From assembly GCF_964204645.1 (NCBI RefSeq), contig NC_134032.1:14930275-14994274 (forward strand): a DNA stretch of 64,000 nt. Reading direction: 5' to 3'. Positions 62,084 through 64,000 of this stretch are shown here, piece by piece. How positions within the stretch are numbered: the stretch's first letter is position 1; every line of letters begins with the position of its first letter. The stretch comes from Tubulanus polymorphus. Lineage: Eukaryota > Animalia > Nemertea. Under the pieces are notes generated by a model. That model was given only the letters and a program-made list of their open reading frames with translations. It was not told where the DNA came from and searched no databases. The translations under genes and the position numbers were made by a program.

Positions 62084-64000
62084 ATGATGGCGGTAGCGAA
62101 GTCATGACGATCGACGACGACGGAGCTCAAAAATCTCGTTCGTTAGAAGCTTTATTCCGGGTAACCGACTCCGAATTACAGAACTTTACGATCACCGAAA
62201 TCGAACAACAACCGAACTCCTCGGTTCGTACGATCTCGATCGTTAACGCCGGCGGTGATAAAATACAGCTGATCAGCAGCGGCGCCGACGACGACAATCA
62301 GTTACAATCGTCGTCAGGGATACGAGTAATTTACGCGGATTGCGACGATCCGAATAAAGATGGCGCCATCGACGAATCGGCGACGGATGATAAGAAGAAA
62401 GCGTTGAAAATCGAAACGGCGTTGTCGCCGACGACGACGAATTTAGAATCGAAACCCGGGCGACATATCTGCCCGTATTGTAGCCGGGCGTGCGCGAAAC
62501 CGAGCGTGCTCCAAAAACATATCCGGGCGCACACGGGTGAGCGCCCGTATCCGTGTATCCCGTGCGGGTTCTCGTTTAAAACGAAGAGCAATCTTTACAA
62601 ACACTGTAAATCTCGTACGCATACGATTAAAGTCAGTCGTCATAGTAACCGCGCGATGTCCGGCTGTACGATGTCGGAGTTGCGTTACATGCGGAGTATC
62701 GCGTCGGCGTCCGGAGAGGAGTACAATCCGGAGAAACATGATCACGCGGTCGATATCGACGAAATACCGCTACAATCGACGAACAATCAGCCGGTTACCG
62801 CGTCGTCGCCGTCGGAAACGAACGATAATCAACAACAATACGTGTCGTTGGCCGGTAACGAGGTCGTGCAGGTCGTCGAGGTCGGAGAAAGCGGAGACGA
62901 GCAGACGGTGCTTTATAATTTACACGTACCGAACGACGGTAGCGGTCCGTATCTCGTACGGATGAATCCCGAGGAGCAGACGCACGACGACGACGACGAG
63001 CAGACGGATACCGCCGGAAACCGTCTGCTCGTCGTCGACGGCGATGAAGGAAAGACGAAAAGCGACGAACAGCAGACGACGAGCGTTTTTCTCGAAGGCG
63101 AAGACGCGGCTCGAGTTCTCATGACGCAAATTCATCCGTCAACGTCTTCGAAATCGATGGAAACCACGGCGACGACGACAACAATGATCACCCCGTCGGA
63201 ATTGTTGAGTAAACGCATCAATTATTTGATCGATAAGAATTCGGCCATTTTGGATACGCCGATGGCCGACCGGCCACGACCGAAGCGGCTTTCGCGACAG
63301 AACAGCGAAGTAAAACTGGTCGAGACTCCGGTCATCGTCCGGGGCAACGTGGAGTCCCCGGTCATTGTCAGGGGCAACCCCGGGACGCGAGACGCGTTAT
63401 CGAAAAAATATATCGCGTTGACCGAGCAATTGAATTCGGCTCCGATTGCTAACGTGCTGCCACCTGGTGGCGACGACGAAGATATGATAGTTGTCGGCGG
63501 CGATACGTCATCGGCGGAATCTCTACTGCTAGAGGGCGCCGCTGTACCGGACGACGGCGCAGGATCGAATTCATCCGAGATTAAAATACGATTTAAAATT
63601 CCGACGAAACCGACGGAATTAACGAGTGAATCAAAACAATTTCATTCAACGCTCCTGACGACAAGAAGCCCCGCCCTGATGACTAGAAGCCCCGCCCTGA
63701 CGACGAAAAGCCCTGCCCTGACAATAAGAAGCCCCGCCCTCTCATCGTCATCCAAACCGAAATTAATCCATCCGAAAATTATCAAAGTAAAAACTTCGCC
63801 GACTTCGAGTAAAACGTCGATCGACGAACTACCGGCGCCATCTGGTAGCGACGTAGTTACAACAATGACTGCGTCGCCGGCGACGACGACGGCTAATTCC
63901 CCGCCCGAGTGGAAGATGATCCTAAAAGGGAAACTGCTGATGAAACGCTCGATGAGTGCGGAGAAGATGATATCGTCAACGGCGACGGAACAATGTCAGA
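62084..64000 (+). CDS. HIVEP: HIVEP/Schnurri-like large exon with the N-terminal ZAS C2H2 zinc-finger pair; runs off the window end
   Basis: tttcag| acceptor. [57 protein letters not shown] is diagnostic of HIVEP1-3/Schnurri. Absent from the ORF track because no stop is reached. Confidence 0.93.

Overview
Eukaryotic genomic DNA from an invertebrate metazoan (species not determinable), with spliced genes and no prokaryotic features. Three conserved genes can be built exon by exon. (1) The 3' part of a DIDO1/PHF3/PPS-type gene (+, 509-8944; BRK, TFIIS-M and SPOC domains, 4.8-kb last exon). (2) A complete 6-exon AIG1/ADTRP FAHFA-hydrolase gene (-, 58413-50792, 232 aa). (3) Head-to-head with it, the 5' part of a HIVEP/Schnurri zinc-finger gene (+, 60820 to window end). 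Between DIDO1 and AIG1 lies about 40 kb of repeat-dominated sequence. It contains a rearranged tandem duplication with a LINE inserted in one copy, a repeat-built and apparently non-coding 9-exon unit (-), a 12-kb higher-order satellite of alternating 153-bp and 159-bp monomer blocks, many minisatellites, and an orphan 328-aa gene model with a canonical CCAAT-CRE-TATA-Inr promoter. Several MITE families are present (CATC-ended with 8-bp TSD, Harbinger-like, pogo-like), two of which have seeded satellites from their own termini. Most short ORFs in the track are repeat or antisense artefacts. All calls were made by eye; no searches were run.
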